From: an uncultured delta proteobacterium
GTDB lineage: Bacteria; Desulfobacterota; Syntrophia; Syntrophales; UBA2185
Direction: 5' to 3'
Length of the DNA: 64,000 nt
Assembly: GCA_963729715.1 (NCBI GenBank)
Contig: CAVSPA010000006.1
Coordinates: forward strand, 224,001-288,000
The position numbers and the translations under genes were made by a program. The notes below the pieces were generated by a model, which was not told the origin of the DNA, searched no databases, and saw only the letters and a program-made list of their open reading frames with translations. Of the stretch, positions 28,505-37,303 are shown one piece after another (the first letter of the stretch is position 1; the number at the start of each line of letters is the position of its first letter).

Positions 28505-29203
28505 ATGAGTTTTTCAAGAAGGGATGCGCTCCATATTCTCGTTAGCGGCGCAGTTTCCACCCTTATTTTTACATCTTTTAAAGTCAGTGGTGCCAAAGCA
28601 TTACCCCGCCCGCCAGGTGCGCTCATCGAACCGGAATTTCTCAAGTACTGCACACGGTGCTACCAGTGCATCGATGTTTGTCCTGCCGACGCCCTTCATC
28701 CAGCAGGCATTTCCGGCGGCATTCCCAATATTGGAACACCGGTCCTGGACTGGAAGAAGTGCATCTTCTGCATGAACTGTATCAGGACGTGTCCTACGGG
28801 GGCCATAAAGAGGATCTCCCGGGACGATATCGATATCGGGAACGCCGTAATCAATCCGAGTACGTGCCTTACATGGTCGGGCAAGAGCAAGTGTGACATC
28901 TGCTACAACGCCTGCCGCTACGACGCGATCAAATTGGAGAATAAGATTTACCCCGTGGTTCTCGAAGATCCCTGCACTGGCTGCGGGGCGTGCGAGAGAA
29001 AGTGCCCGACGAATCCGAAATCCATCGTCGTCTATTACGAAAAGGTAAAAAGATTCCTGCCACCCGAAAAAGGTATATCATTGCGCCTTCCCGATGAAGC
29101 AGGCAAGAAACACGGCGAAGAGGATTTCAAGGACTGGTTTGTAGAAAGGATCAAGAAGCTCGGCAAATCATACGGCATCATTAAGGAAGAGGAAGATGAA
29201 TAA
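28505..29203 (+). CDS. NapG/MauM-family polyferredoxin with Tat-like signal
   Basis: SRRDAL, RPPGA, CTRCYQCIDVCP, four Fe-S motifs, G.AVI...TCL.W. Confidence 0.88.
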   Translation: MSFSRRDALHILVSGAVSTLIFTSFKVSGAKALPRPPGALIEPEFLKYCTRCYQCIDVCPADALHPAGISGGIPNIGTPVLDWKKCIFCMNCIRTCPTGAIKRISRDDIDIGNAVINPSTCLTWSGKSKCDICYNACRYDAIKLENKIYPVVLEDPCTGCGACERKCPTNPKSIVVYYEKVKRFLPPEKGISLRLPDEAGKKHGEEDFKDWFVERIKKLGKSYGIIKEEEDE

Positions 29204-30433
29204 ATGAACAGAACGAATGCATCTCCTGTTCTTGTCATTGGCGGCGGTGTCGCCGGCATTGGCGCGGCTCTCGACATGGCGGACTGCGGCCATGCCGTCC
29301 ATCTCGTGGAGAAGAGACACATCCTCGGTGGCCAGGTTGCCAGGCTCGATAAACTCTATCCTACGGATCACTGCGCCTTTTGTCCGCTCTGGACGGATAT
29401 CAAGAAACTGAGGGACAATCCCCTGATTACCGTCCACACATCCACGGAAGTGAAAGAACTCAAGAGAGAGGGCGGCCGCGTCCACGCGGTCGTGGTCAGA
29501 AAACCTCCGGTCATCGATGGAAGCAACTGCGTCTTCTGCGGGAAGTGCGCAGGAGTTTGCACCGAAGCTGCCATTAAGACCCTGGGTGACCATGTTTATC
29601 CGCCCACTTACCTGGTTAGAGAGGAAATCTGCAACAGGTGCGAAAAGTGCGTGAAGGAATGCCCCGCGGGAGCCATCGATTTTCAGAGGAGAGAAGAGAC
29701 ATCTGAACTCGTGTTCGACGATGTCATATGGGCCTCCGGATTTACGGAAGTCGATCTGTCGCCGCTTCCGGAATTCGGACTGGGAAAACATCCGGACATC
29801 ATGACGGCAATGCAGTTTGAGAACTGGACGGCAGAGGCAGGGCTTAACAAAGGGGCGATTACAAAAAAATCAAATTCCACAGTTCCCCGCAACATCGCCT
29901 TCATACAGTGTGCAGGGGCAAGGGATCAGAGGCTGCTCTCATACTGTTCCGCCGTCTGCTGCATGCATGCCATGAAGCAGGCCCAATGGGCGATGAAGAG
30001 AAATCCGGAGATTCAGTGCGTCGTCTTCTATACCGATCTACGTACGGTGGGGCGCGACTATTACGAGTACTCCCTGCGGGACATAGGCGGAAGCCACGTG
30101 CGACTCATAAGGGGGAGACCGTCTCTGATCTATCCGCTCCCCGGGCGGGACGGCATCGCAGTAAAGTTTGAAAACACCATGACTCAGAAAAGGGAGATAT
30201 GGAAATTCGATATGGTTGTCCTCAACGGCAATATCGGGTCTTCCCTGAAAAAGAAAGATCAGGGAGAACATTTTTCACCTGCTCTTTCCGGCGATGGATT
30301 TGTGAATTCGGCGTCCGATGATATTTCCCGCTTTTCCTGCGGCTTCAGCGCGGAGCCTGTGGATGTGGCGGAGTCGGTCATCCAGGCATCATCCGCCGCA
30401 ATAAGAGCCATTCTGGCAAAAAGGAATAAATAA
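29204..30433 (+). CDS. HdrA-like (QmoA-sized) flavoprotein with ferredoxin insert
   Basis: GGGVAG, LDKLYPTDHCAFC, two CxxCxxCxxxC motifs, IQCAGARD..YCSAVCC. Confidence 0.88.
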   Translation: MNRTNASPVLVIGGGVAGIGAALDMADCGHAVHLVEKRHILGGQVARLDKLYPTDHCAFCPLWTDIKKLRDNPLITVHTSTEVKELKREGGRVHAVVVRKPPVIDGSNCVFCGKCAGVCTEAAIKTLGDHVYPPTYLVREEICNRCEKCVKECPAGAIDFQRREETSELVFDDVIWASGFTEVDLSPLPEFGLGKHPDIMTAMQFENWTAEAGLNKGAITKKSNSTVPRNIAFIQCAGARDQRLLSYCSAVCCMHAMKQAQWAMKRNPEIQCVVFYTDLRTVGRDYYEYSLRDIGGSHVRLIRGRPSLIYPLPGRDGIAVKFENTMTQKREIWKFDMVVLNGNIGSSLKKKDQGEHFSPALSGDGFVNSASDDISRFSCGFSAEPVDVAESVIQASSAAIRAILAKRNK

Positions 30434-30436
30434 GAA

Positions 30437-32149
30437 ATGTCGGGAATCGCAGTTTTTCTTTGCAGATGTTTCGGAGAAGTCAATCGCGTGATTGATCTCG
30501 ATTCACTGCAAAAAAGATCGGAGAAAAATGACGCAGTCGTTTTTTCCTCCGTTTGCGAATCCCTCTGTTTCACGGATGATATTGAAAAGGCAGCCCTGCG
30601 CATCGGGGAGTCCGGTGCGGACAAGATTGTGATCGGCGGATGCTCGCATCTGGCAAGAGGCGGTGCGATTATCGACGGTCTCGTGAAGGGGGGAATAAAG
30701 CGCGCCGCTATTGGCTTGGTTGACCTGAGGGAGGCGTGTGCATGGATTCACGAGGATGATCCGGAAAAGGCAACGGAGAAGGCATGGGACCTGATCCGCA
30801 TGGAAATGTCCTCCCTTCATCACCGGCGGGAATCGAATGATGTCACGGTGAGTGTGTGTCCGGAAGCGATGGTTGTCGGCGCTGGTCCGGCGGGGCTTTC
30901 CGCCGCGCAGACGCTCGCGCGATTGGGTTTCAAGGTGCATCTTGTGGAGAGGGGATCAAAACCCGGGGGCATGCTCAACCTGATCTCCCACGTGTATCCA
31001 TCAGATGAAAAGGCGTCCGAAAAAATAAAGGTGTTCGTTGATGAGATGGAAAAGAATCATCTTATCCATTTCTATCCGAAGACGAAGATACATGCCATTA
31101 CGGGCTTTGCCGGCAACTTCAAAGTGCAGTTATCTTCCTCGGCAGGCGAACAGAGGCTCCGGGTAGGGGCCGTCATCCTTGCCTCGGGCGCGCGGGTATG
31201 GCTTCCCCATGGCCTTTACAGATATGGCAAGCTCAGGAACGTGATCACCCAGATGGAGCTGGAGAGGCAATTCATCAAAGGTCCGCGCGAGATCAAGACG
31301 GCTGTCTTTATTCAGTGCGTGGGCGCCAGGAATAGTGAGCGGCCTTATTGCGCGACCATGTGTTGTCCCTCAAGCCTGAAAAACGCTGTAAGAATCAAGG
31401 AAGAAAATCCCGATGCACGGGTGTTCATCCTCCATCGCGATATCATGACGCCCGGAAGCGTCTTGGAGGCGTATTACAGAAGTGCCCTCGCCAAAGGGGT
31501 GCAGTTTATCCGCTTCGAAGAGAAGCACCCTCCTGAAATGATCGGTGATGAACATGTAGAGAGTGTGGAGGTTTTCGACAGCATCAGCGGGATGAAGAGG
31601 AAGCTCGATTGCGATCTCGTCGTTTTGAGTACGCCTCTTGTGCCCAATGACGATAACGTAAAGCTCGCCCACATGCTCGGTCTGCAAGTTGACCGCTACA
31701 GCTTCTTGTCGGAAATCTATCCCCTCCATCCCCTGGAAACAAGGATGGACGGTGTTTTCATCTGCGGCTCTGCCAGGTGGCCAGTGTCATCGGATAACGC
31801 AATGGTGCAAGGGGAAGGAGCAGCCGCCAAGGCCGCGGCGCTCTTAGGGAGGGAAGCCGTTTCGGCCTTGTCTTTAAGCCGGGTTCCCGGAGAAAAACTC
31901 GGCCATGCCTCAGTCAGTGCCGAGAAGTGCACTGGGTGCGGCAATTGTGTAGCTGTCTGCCCCTTTGCTGCGTGCCGTCTTCAGAAGATGGGAAGGAAAT
32001 GGATCAGCAGGGTCAACAAGCTCCGGTGCAAGGCCTGCGGCAACTGCGTATCCGTCTGCCCCAATGGAACGGTACAATTGCCGGAGCACGATTACCGGGC
32101 TGTGGGAGCTATGATCAAACAGGCTTTCGGCGAAGAGGGCGCTTTATGA
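30437..32149 (+). CDS. HdrA-like (QmoB-like) flavoprotein
   Basis: AVFLCRC, GGCS, LREACAWIH, GAGPAG, IQCVGARN..YCATMCC, two C-terminal ferredoxin motifs. Confidence 0.9.
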   Translation: MSGIAVFLCRCFGEVNRVIDLDSLQKRSEKNDAVVFSSVCESLCFTDDIEKAALRIGESGADKIVIGGCSHLARGGAIIDGLVKGGIKRAAIGLVDLREACAWIHEDDPEKATEKAWDLIRMEMSSLHHRRESNDVTVSVCPEAMVVGAGPAGLSAAQTLARLGFKVHLVERGSKPGGMLNLISHVYPSDEKASEKIKVFVDEMEKNHLIHFYPKTKIHAITGFAGNFKVQLSSSAGEQRLRVGAVILASGARVWLPHGLYRYGKLRNVITQMELERQFIKGPREIKTAVFIQCVGARNSERPYCATMCCPSSLKNAVRIKEENPDARVFILHRDIMTPGSVLEAYYRSALAKGVQFIRFEEKHPPEMIGDEHVESVEVFDSISGMKRKLDCDLVVLSTPLVPNDDNVKLAHMLGLQVDRYSFLSEIYPLHPLETRMDGVFICGSARWPVSSDNAMVQGEGAAAKAAALLGREAVSALSLSRVPGEKLGHASVSAEKCTGCGNCVAVCPFAACRLQKMGRKWISRVNKLRCKACGNCVSVCPNGTVQLPEHDYRAVGAMIKQAFGEEGAL

Positions 32150-32553
32150 AGATCCTGATTTTTGCATGCAAGTGGTGCGGCCTCATCGGTGCCGCCGGAG
32201 CGGGGAAAAAGAGAATACAGCTTCCCTCGCAGTTCCGGGTGATTACGGTCGAATGCGCGGCGCTCGTCGAGCCCGATGCCGTTATCCGCGCGTTTGCATC
32301 CGGAATGACGGGTGTGGCTGTGTTAGGCTGCCATCTGGGAGGGTGCCGGTTTAACCACGCGAACCACGCAGCCATCAAAAGGCTGGAGCTCCTGAGGATA
32401 CTGCTGGACGCAACCGGGATCGATGGCAGGAGACTGTTGATCAGTTTCGGGACGGCCCATGAGGATTACCAGTACGTGGAGGTCGTCAAGACATTCTTTG
32501 CAGAATTAGGGGAGATGCCTTCCACAGCCTCATGGACGGCGCCGCTTGTGTAG
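32146..32553 (+). CDS. mvhD: MvhD/FlpD [2Fe-2S] subunit
   Basis: Real start ATGA-coupled at 32146: MKILIFACKWC, ITVEC, LGCHLGGCRF. Confidence 0.9.
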   Translation: MKILIFACKWCGLIGAAGAGKKRIQLPSQFRVITVECAALVEPDAVIRAFASGMTGVAVLGCHLGGCRFNHANHAAIKRLELLRILLDATGIDGRRLLISFGTAHEDYQYVEVVKTFFAELGEMPSTASWTAPLV

Positions 32554-32572
32554 GAATGACATTACACCACTA

Positions 32573-32631
32573 TCCCCCTTTATGAAAGGGGGACAAAGAG
32601 GAACGAAGGCGGACCTGAAGGTCTGCACTCC
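32573..32631. repeat. Two adjacent REP-like palindromes
   Basis: TCCCCCTTT-atg-AAAGGGGGA and GCGGACCT-ga-AGGTCTGC. Confidence 0.6.
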
Positions 32632-32642
32632 ATAATAAAAGT

Positions 32643-33494
32643 ATGCTAAAAAAACTAAAAGACATAGTGAGGACCATTCTCTTGGAAAAGCAGGCAGACG
32701 GAGTCCTCGGTCTGATAAAGGGCCAGTGGGATATCGTCCAACCTCACATCTTCGAAAATCCGGAAAAGGTGGATGCCATTGTCACAGAACCCAAATGGCT
32801 GCTCGCAAAAATGGCGATGACCGTCTTGCGGTCTTCAAGGGAAGGCTACAGGCTGGCAGTCGTTGTGCGCGGCTGCGATGAAAGGGCCCTCACTGAACTT
32901 GTGAAGAGAAACCAGATTGAAAAAGAGCATCTCCTCACGATCGGCATTGCCTGCTCTGGAGAGCAGGCGCGGGCGTGCATTTGCGACCGACCGTACCCGC
33001 AAAAGCTCGATTGCGGCGATGCTGTAGCCGGTGTCAATCCGTTCTCGGTTGAGAGCGTAAAGGAACTGCTTGCCGGCGACGGCCCGGCGAGAATGGAAAA
33101 GTGGGCGAACATACTTAAGAGATGCATCAAGTGTTACGGATGCCGGAATTCGTGCCCCATCTGTGTTTGTGTACCTTGCAAACTGGAGGACCAGGTCTGG
33201 GTCGACAAGGGCGTCATACCTGCGGAGATGCTCTCCTATCACCTGATCCGTGCGTTCCATCTGTCGGACACGTGTGTGGCCTGTGGGGCATGCCAGGAGG
33301 CCTGCCCGGCAAATATTCCACTTATGGCCCTGCAGCTATCCATGCGGGCGATGCTTCGTGAGACCTATGGATACGAGGCCGGACTCGACCCGGAAAGGAA
33401 ATCTCCGATCCTGTTCGATCTGTGTAAGGAGCCTGCAGCGGGGCAGGTGCTGCCGGACTGGGTAAACAGCTTGAGAAAAGACGATGAGTCCTGA
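32643..33494 (+). CDS. FdhB/FrhB C-terminal-like 4Fe-4S protein
   Basis: VRGCDERAL, CIKCYGCRNSCPICVC..C, HL..RAFH...CVACGACQEACPANIP. Confidence 0.8.
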   Translation: MLKKLKDIVRTILLEKQADGVLGLIKGQWDIVQPHIFENPEKVDAIVTEPKWLLAKMAMTVLRSSREGYRLAVVVRGCDERALTELVKRNQIEKEHLLTIGIACSGEQARACICDRPYPQKLDCGDAVAGVNPFSVESVKELLAGDGPARMEKWANILKRCIKCYGCRNSCPICVCVPCKLEDQVWVDKGVIPAEMLSYHLIRAFHLSDTCVACGACQEACPANIPLMALQLSMRAMLRETYGYEAGLDPERKSPILFDLCKEPAAGQVLPDWVNSLRKDDES

Positions 33495-35535
33495 CTTTAT
33501 AAAAACTATCTGTCCCTATTGCGGAGTCGGCTGCGGTCTGATCCTGAAGGTCGAGGACGGCAAAGTCGTCGGCACGTACCCGGACAGGGAACACCCTGTC
33601 AGCCGTGGCACCCTCTGCATCAAGGGCTGGTCTGCGCATCAATTCGTTCATCACCCGGAGCGCTTGAAAACGCCTCTCGTAAGAAATGGAGACACGTTTG
33701 AGGAAATCTCCTGGAATGATGCGATAGCCCTCGCGGTGGAGAAACTGAAGGCCGCAGCCGATAAATACGGAGGAGATGCTGTCGGCGGGCTGTCTTCCGC
33801 GAAGTGCACCAATGAGGAGAATTACCTTTTTGAGAAGATGATCCGCATGGCCTTCAAGACGAATAACGTGGACCACTGCGCGCGCCTGTGCCATGCCCCC
33901 ACGGCCGTGGGTATGGGCCAGACGACGGGGAGCGGCGCCATGACAAACTCCATCTCCGATCTCGCGGGGGCGGAGTGTATCCTGATCATCGGCTCCAACG
34001 CGGCGGAGAGCCATCCCATCATCATGGGAGAAATATACAAAGCTGTAGACCGCGGGGCGACGGTGATCGTTGTAGACCCCCGGAAGACGGCAGTTGCGGA
34101 AAACGCGCGGATCCATCTGAGGATAAATCCGGGAACAGATATTCCCCTTCTCGCCGGCATGATGAGGCACATTATCGATGCGGGCCTTCATAACGAGAAA
34201 TTCATCGAGGACCGGATGGAGGGTTTCGATGAATTAAAAAAATTCCTCCAGTCCTGGCCGGTGGAACGGGCCGCGAAAGAATGCGGCATCGATGAAAAAG
34301 AGATTATAGAAGTCGCGGAGATGTATGCAAAGGCGAAGGATGCCGCGGCTATTTACTGCATGGGAATCACGCAGCACGCGTGCGGCACGGCAAACGTCCA
34401 CGCCGTCTGCGACCTTGCGATGCTCTGCGGCCAGATCGGCAAGGCATTTTCTGGCGTCTATCCGCTCCGCGGGCAGAACAATGTCCAGGGCGCGTGTGAC
34501 ATGGGAGCCCTGCCGAATGTATATCCGGGATATCAGAGCGTCAGCGTTCCGGCCGTCAAAGAAAAATTTGAGAAGGCCTGGGGAAGGGAGCTTTCCGCGA
34601 AACCCGGACTGACCGTAACGGAGATGATCGGCTCTGCCGGGAAAGAGATCCGTGCGCTTTACATCATGGCGGAAAACCCCGCTCTCAGCGATCCCGACGT
34701 GAACCACGTACTGGAATCTCTCACGAAGTTGGACTTCCTGATCGTCCAGGATATTTTTCTTACGGAGACGGCGAAATTCGCTGATCTGGTTTTGCCGGCA
34801 GTCTGCTTTGCCGAAAAGACGGGGACCTACACGAACACGGAAAGAAGATTTCAACTGTTGAGAAAATCGGTTAAACCTCCCGGCGAGGCAAAGGGAGACT
34901 TCGAGATAATCTGTCTTCTTGCCAATGCCCTGGGACTCAACTTTTCTTACAAGCATCCGGGTGAGGTTATGGAAGAAATCGCGGAGCTTGTTCCAGAATA
35001 CGGTGGCATTCGTTTTGACAGGCTGGAGAAGGCGGGCCTGCAGTGGCCGTGTCCGGACCTGAAACATGAAGGAACAAGATTTCTTCACGAAGCCCGATTC
35101 ACACGGGGCAAGGGACTCTTCATCGTACCCGCATACACACCGCCCTTTGAAAAGCCGGACGAAGAATATCCGTACTGGCTAAGTACAGGAAGGATGTTTG
35201 CTCACTATCACACGGGCACGATGACGCGCCGGTCCGCGTTTCTCAGCAGGGAGATGGAAGGACCTTATGCGGAGATGCACCCGGAAGACGCAATGAAAGC
35301 GGGGATCGGAGAGGGCGACAGGATTAGGATAACCAGCAGGCGGGGCAGTATCGTCACTGCGGCTAGAATTACGAAGAAGGTTGCAAGAGGTTCTGTTTTT
35401 GCACCATTCCACTTTACAGAAGCGCGTGCCAATATCCTGACTAACCCCGTTCTCGATCCGGTCTCCAAGATACCGGAGTTCAAGGCATGTGCCGCGAAGA
35501 TAGAAAAGGAACCTAATGAAAAACAGAAAGGATAA
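33484..35535 (+). CDS. fdhF: Formate dehydrogenase alpha subunit (cytoplasmic, Cys-type)
   Basis: CPYCGVGC, LCIKG, DHCARLCH, LRGQNNVQGACDMG, TNTERR, HYHTGTMTRR, KIPEFK; no Tat signal. Confidence 0.95.
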   Translation: MSPDFIKTICPYCGVGCGLILKVEDGKVVGTYPDREHPVSRGTLCIKGWSAHQFVHHPERLKTPLVRNGDTFEEISWNDAIALAVEKLKAAADKYGGDAVGGLSSAKCTNEENYLFEKMIRMAFKTNNVDHCARLCHAPTAVGMGQTTGSGAMTNSISDLAGAECILIIGSNAAESHPIIMGEIYKAVDRGATVIVVDPRKTAVAENARIHLRINPGTDIPLLAGMMRHIIDAGLHNEKFIEDRMEGFDELKKFLQSWPVERAAKECGIDEKEIIEVAEMYAKAKDAAAIYCMGITQHACGTANVHAVCDLAMLCGQIGKAFSGVYPLRGQNNVQGACDMGALPNVYPGYQSVSVPAVKEKFEKAWGRELSAKPGLTVTEMIGSAGKEIRALYIMAENPALSDPDVNHVLESLTKLDFLIVQDIFLTETAKFADLVLPAVCFAEKTGTYTNTERRFQLLRKSVKPPGEAKGDFEIICLLANALGLNFSYKHPGEVMEEIAELVPEYGGIRFDRLEKAGLQWPCPDLKHEGTRFLHEARFTRGKGLFIVPAYTPPFEKPDEEYPYWLSTGRMFAHYHTGTMTRRSAFLSREMEGPYAEMHPEDAMKAGIGEGDRIRITSRRGSIVTAARITKKVARGSVFAPFHFTEARANILTNPVLDPVSKIPEFKACAAKIEKEPNEKQKG

Positions 35536-35977
35536 GATCACCGAGGCGAAGCGCTTATCCGGCGCCGATTCCTGCGTAGAGTGCGGGCGCTGCGTTGCCG
35601 CCTGTCCCATGGGGGAAATGTATGCGAACTTCTCCATTGAGATGTCGCCGCGGGGCATCATAAAAAAGACGCTCGTGGGTGAACCCGTAGTTGAGGACAA
35701 GAACATCTGGTATTGCACGGAATGCAACGCCGGTACGGATACATGCCCGCAGAAAGTTAGCTGCAGGGATCTGATCAGAAAACTCAGGGAGGCGGCAGTA
35801 GATGAGAACCTCCTCGAAAATGCGAAGACCTGCAAATGCTGCGGCAGGGCCTTTGTGGCCATTCCCGTGGAGGACTTCGTTTTCGCCAGGTTAAAGGATG
35901 AACCCCCGAATGTGTTCGGGGTGCTCGATATTTGTCCGCCATGCCGGCGGGAGATTTATCTTCTGAGAAATGCGTAA
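35516..35977 (+). CDS. HdrC-like 4Fe-4S protein
   Basis: CVECGRCVAACP, SPRGII, IWYCTECNAGTDTCP, C-terminal CKCC/CPPC. Confidence 0.8.
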   Translation: MKNRKDKITEAKRLSGADSCVECGRCVAACPMGEMYANFSIEMSPRGIIKKTLVGEPVVEDKNIWYCTECNAGTDTCPQKVSCRDLIRKLREAAVDENLLENAKTCKCCGRAFVAIPVEDFVFARLKDEPPNVFGVLDICPPCRREIYLLRNA

Positions 35978-37303
35978 ATGACGAAACAAGAAACTACAGA
36001 GAAGCAAGTAACGGAGCAGGATTTTTCCCTCAACCTTGAGGACCTGCGTCCCCGCCCCGCGGAGAAGAAGCATCTTTCCGAGTACTTCATGCCGCGGCGC
36101 TATTCGTTTATAATTTTTCATCCCGACAGGTGCACGGGCTGCGGCACCTGCGAGATGATCTGCTCCACGCGTAACATAGAAAAAGTCGCTCCCGTATCTG
36201 CGAGCGTAAAGGTTGTGAGAGATGAAAAGGAGGGCAAGAACTTCTCTATACTCTGCCAGCATTGCCGCAAGCCTCTTTGCCTTCCCGCCTGTCCCACAAG
36301 GGCCATTGAAAAAGGCGAGGATGGCATAGTGCGCATAGACAAACTCTTCTGCACCGAATGCGGACTCTGTACCATGGCCTGTCCCGCGGCGGCTCCTATC
36401 AAAGACCCGGGCAGTCAGGAAATACACAAATGCGACCTCTGCGAAGGCGACCCTCTCTGCGTTGAGCACTGTCCCGAGAATGCGCTCACTTTTACGCGGG
36501 GAAAGACTGTCCGCTGGATAAAGGGGCTGCGCTGGACTTCTCAGCTTATGTCTTTTCTCCTCCTGGTCATGGTCTTTGTCGGTACGTTCTGCTACTTCAG
36601 GACGGGAAGCGTCAGTTTCGCCTGTCCCACGGGGACTCTGCAGAATATCGCATCGTCGGGGACTATTGTGCTTGTCGGCGTTTCATCGGCCCTGGCACTT
36701 CTCATTCTCACCGTTCTTGCGGGAAGGCTCTTCTGCGGATGGGCCTGTCCGTTTGGCCTTGTCCTCGATGTGGTCGATAAGATAACTCCCAAGAAAATTG
36801 GCTGGCCGTCGTTTCTCAAGAGCCGGATGACAAAGTACGGAGTATTGGCAGGCGCCGTCGGGGGAAGCTACGCCTTCGGTTTCCAGGTTTTCTGCACAGT
36901 CTGTCCCATCGGTACGCTCTGTCGTTCATACGGCGTGCAGTCTTTCTTCAGGAGCGTCGAACTCGCTATCGTCCCCGTCCTGGCAAGCCTTGAGATCGGT
37001 GAGAGAAGATCATGGTGCAGATATTTTTGCCCTGTGGGAGCGGTACTGGGGATTACGGCGCTGCTGCGTATGATAAAAATAGTGATCGGTGCAAAGAGGT
37101 GCAAGAAATTCTCCTGCATTCAGTGTGCGGAAGTCTGTCCCGTGGGTATTATCGACGCGGACAAATTGCGGGAAGGGTTATCGCCGAAAATTCCCATGAC
37201 GGAATGTATCATGTGCATGAGGTGCATCGATCGCTGCCCCTATGATGCGGCGAAGATCCGCTTTCGCTGGCAGAAGGCGACACCGGGAGAAGGCCGGATA
37301 TGA
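35978..37303 (+). CDS. Fusion of AorA-like 4x[4Fe-4S] domain and NapH/MauN-like membrane domain
   Basis: CTGCGTCEMIC, CQHC..PLCLPACP, CDLCEGDPLCVEHCP; then TM helices with GRLFCGWACPFG, WCRYFCPVGA and two C-terminal ferredoxin motifs. Confidence 0.87.
   Translation: MTKQETTEKQVTEQDFSLNLEDLRPRPAEKKHLSEYFMPRRYSFIIFHPDRCTGCGTCEMICSTRNIEKVAPVSASVKVVRDEKEGKNFSILCQHCRKPLCLPACPTRAIEKGEDGIVRIDKLFCTECGLCTMACPAAAPIKDPGSQEIHKCDLCEGDPLCVEHCPENALTFTRGKTVRWIKGLRWTSQLMSFLLLVMVFVGTFCYFRTGSVSFACPTGTLQNIASSGTIVLVGVSSALALLILTVLAGRLFCGWACPFGLVLDVVDKITPKKIGWPSFLKSRMTKYGVLAGAVGGSYAFGFQVFCTVCPIGTLCRSYGVQSFFRSVELAIVPVLASLEIGERRSWCRYFCPVGAVLGITALLRMIKIVIGAKRCKKFSCIQCAEVCPVGIIDADKLREGLSPKIPMTECIMCMRCIDRCPYDAAKIRFRWQKATPGEGRI

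Noticed and set aside
31927..32145. N-terminal extension of the 208-aa ORF in the track
   Set aside because: It overlaps the HdrA ferredoxin domain in another frame; the real mvhD start is the ATGA at 32146
32146..35535. Selenocysteine in MvhD or FdhA
   Set aside because: Both read through with Cys at the relevant sites (CKWC; CARLCH); no in-frame TGA
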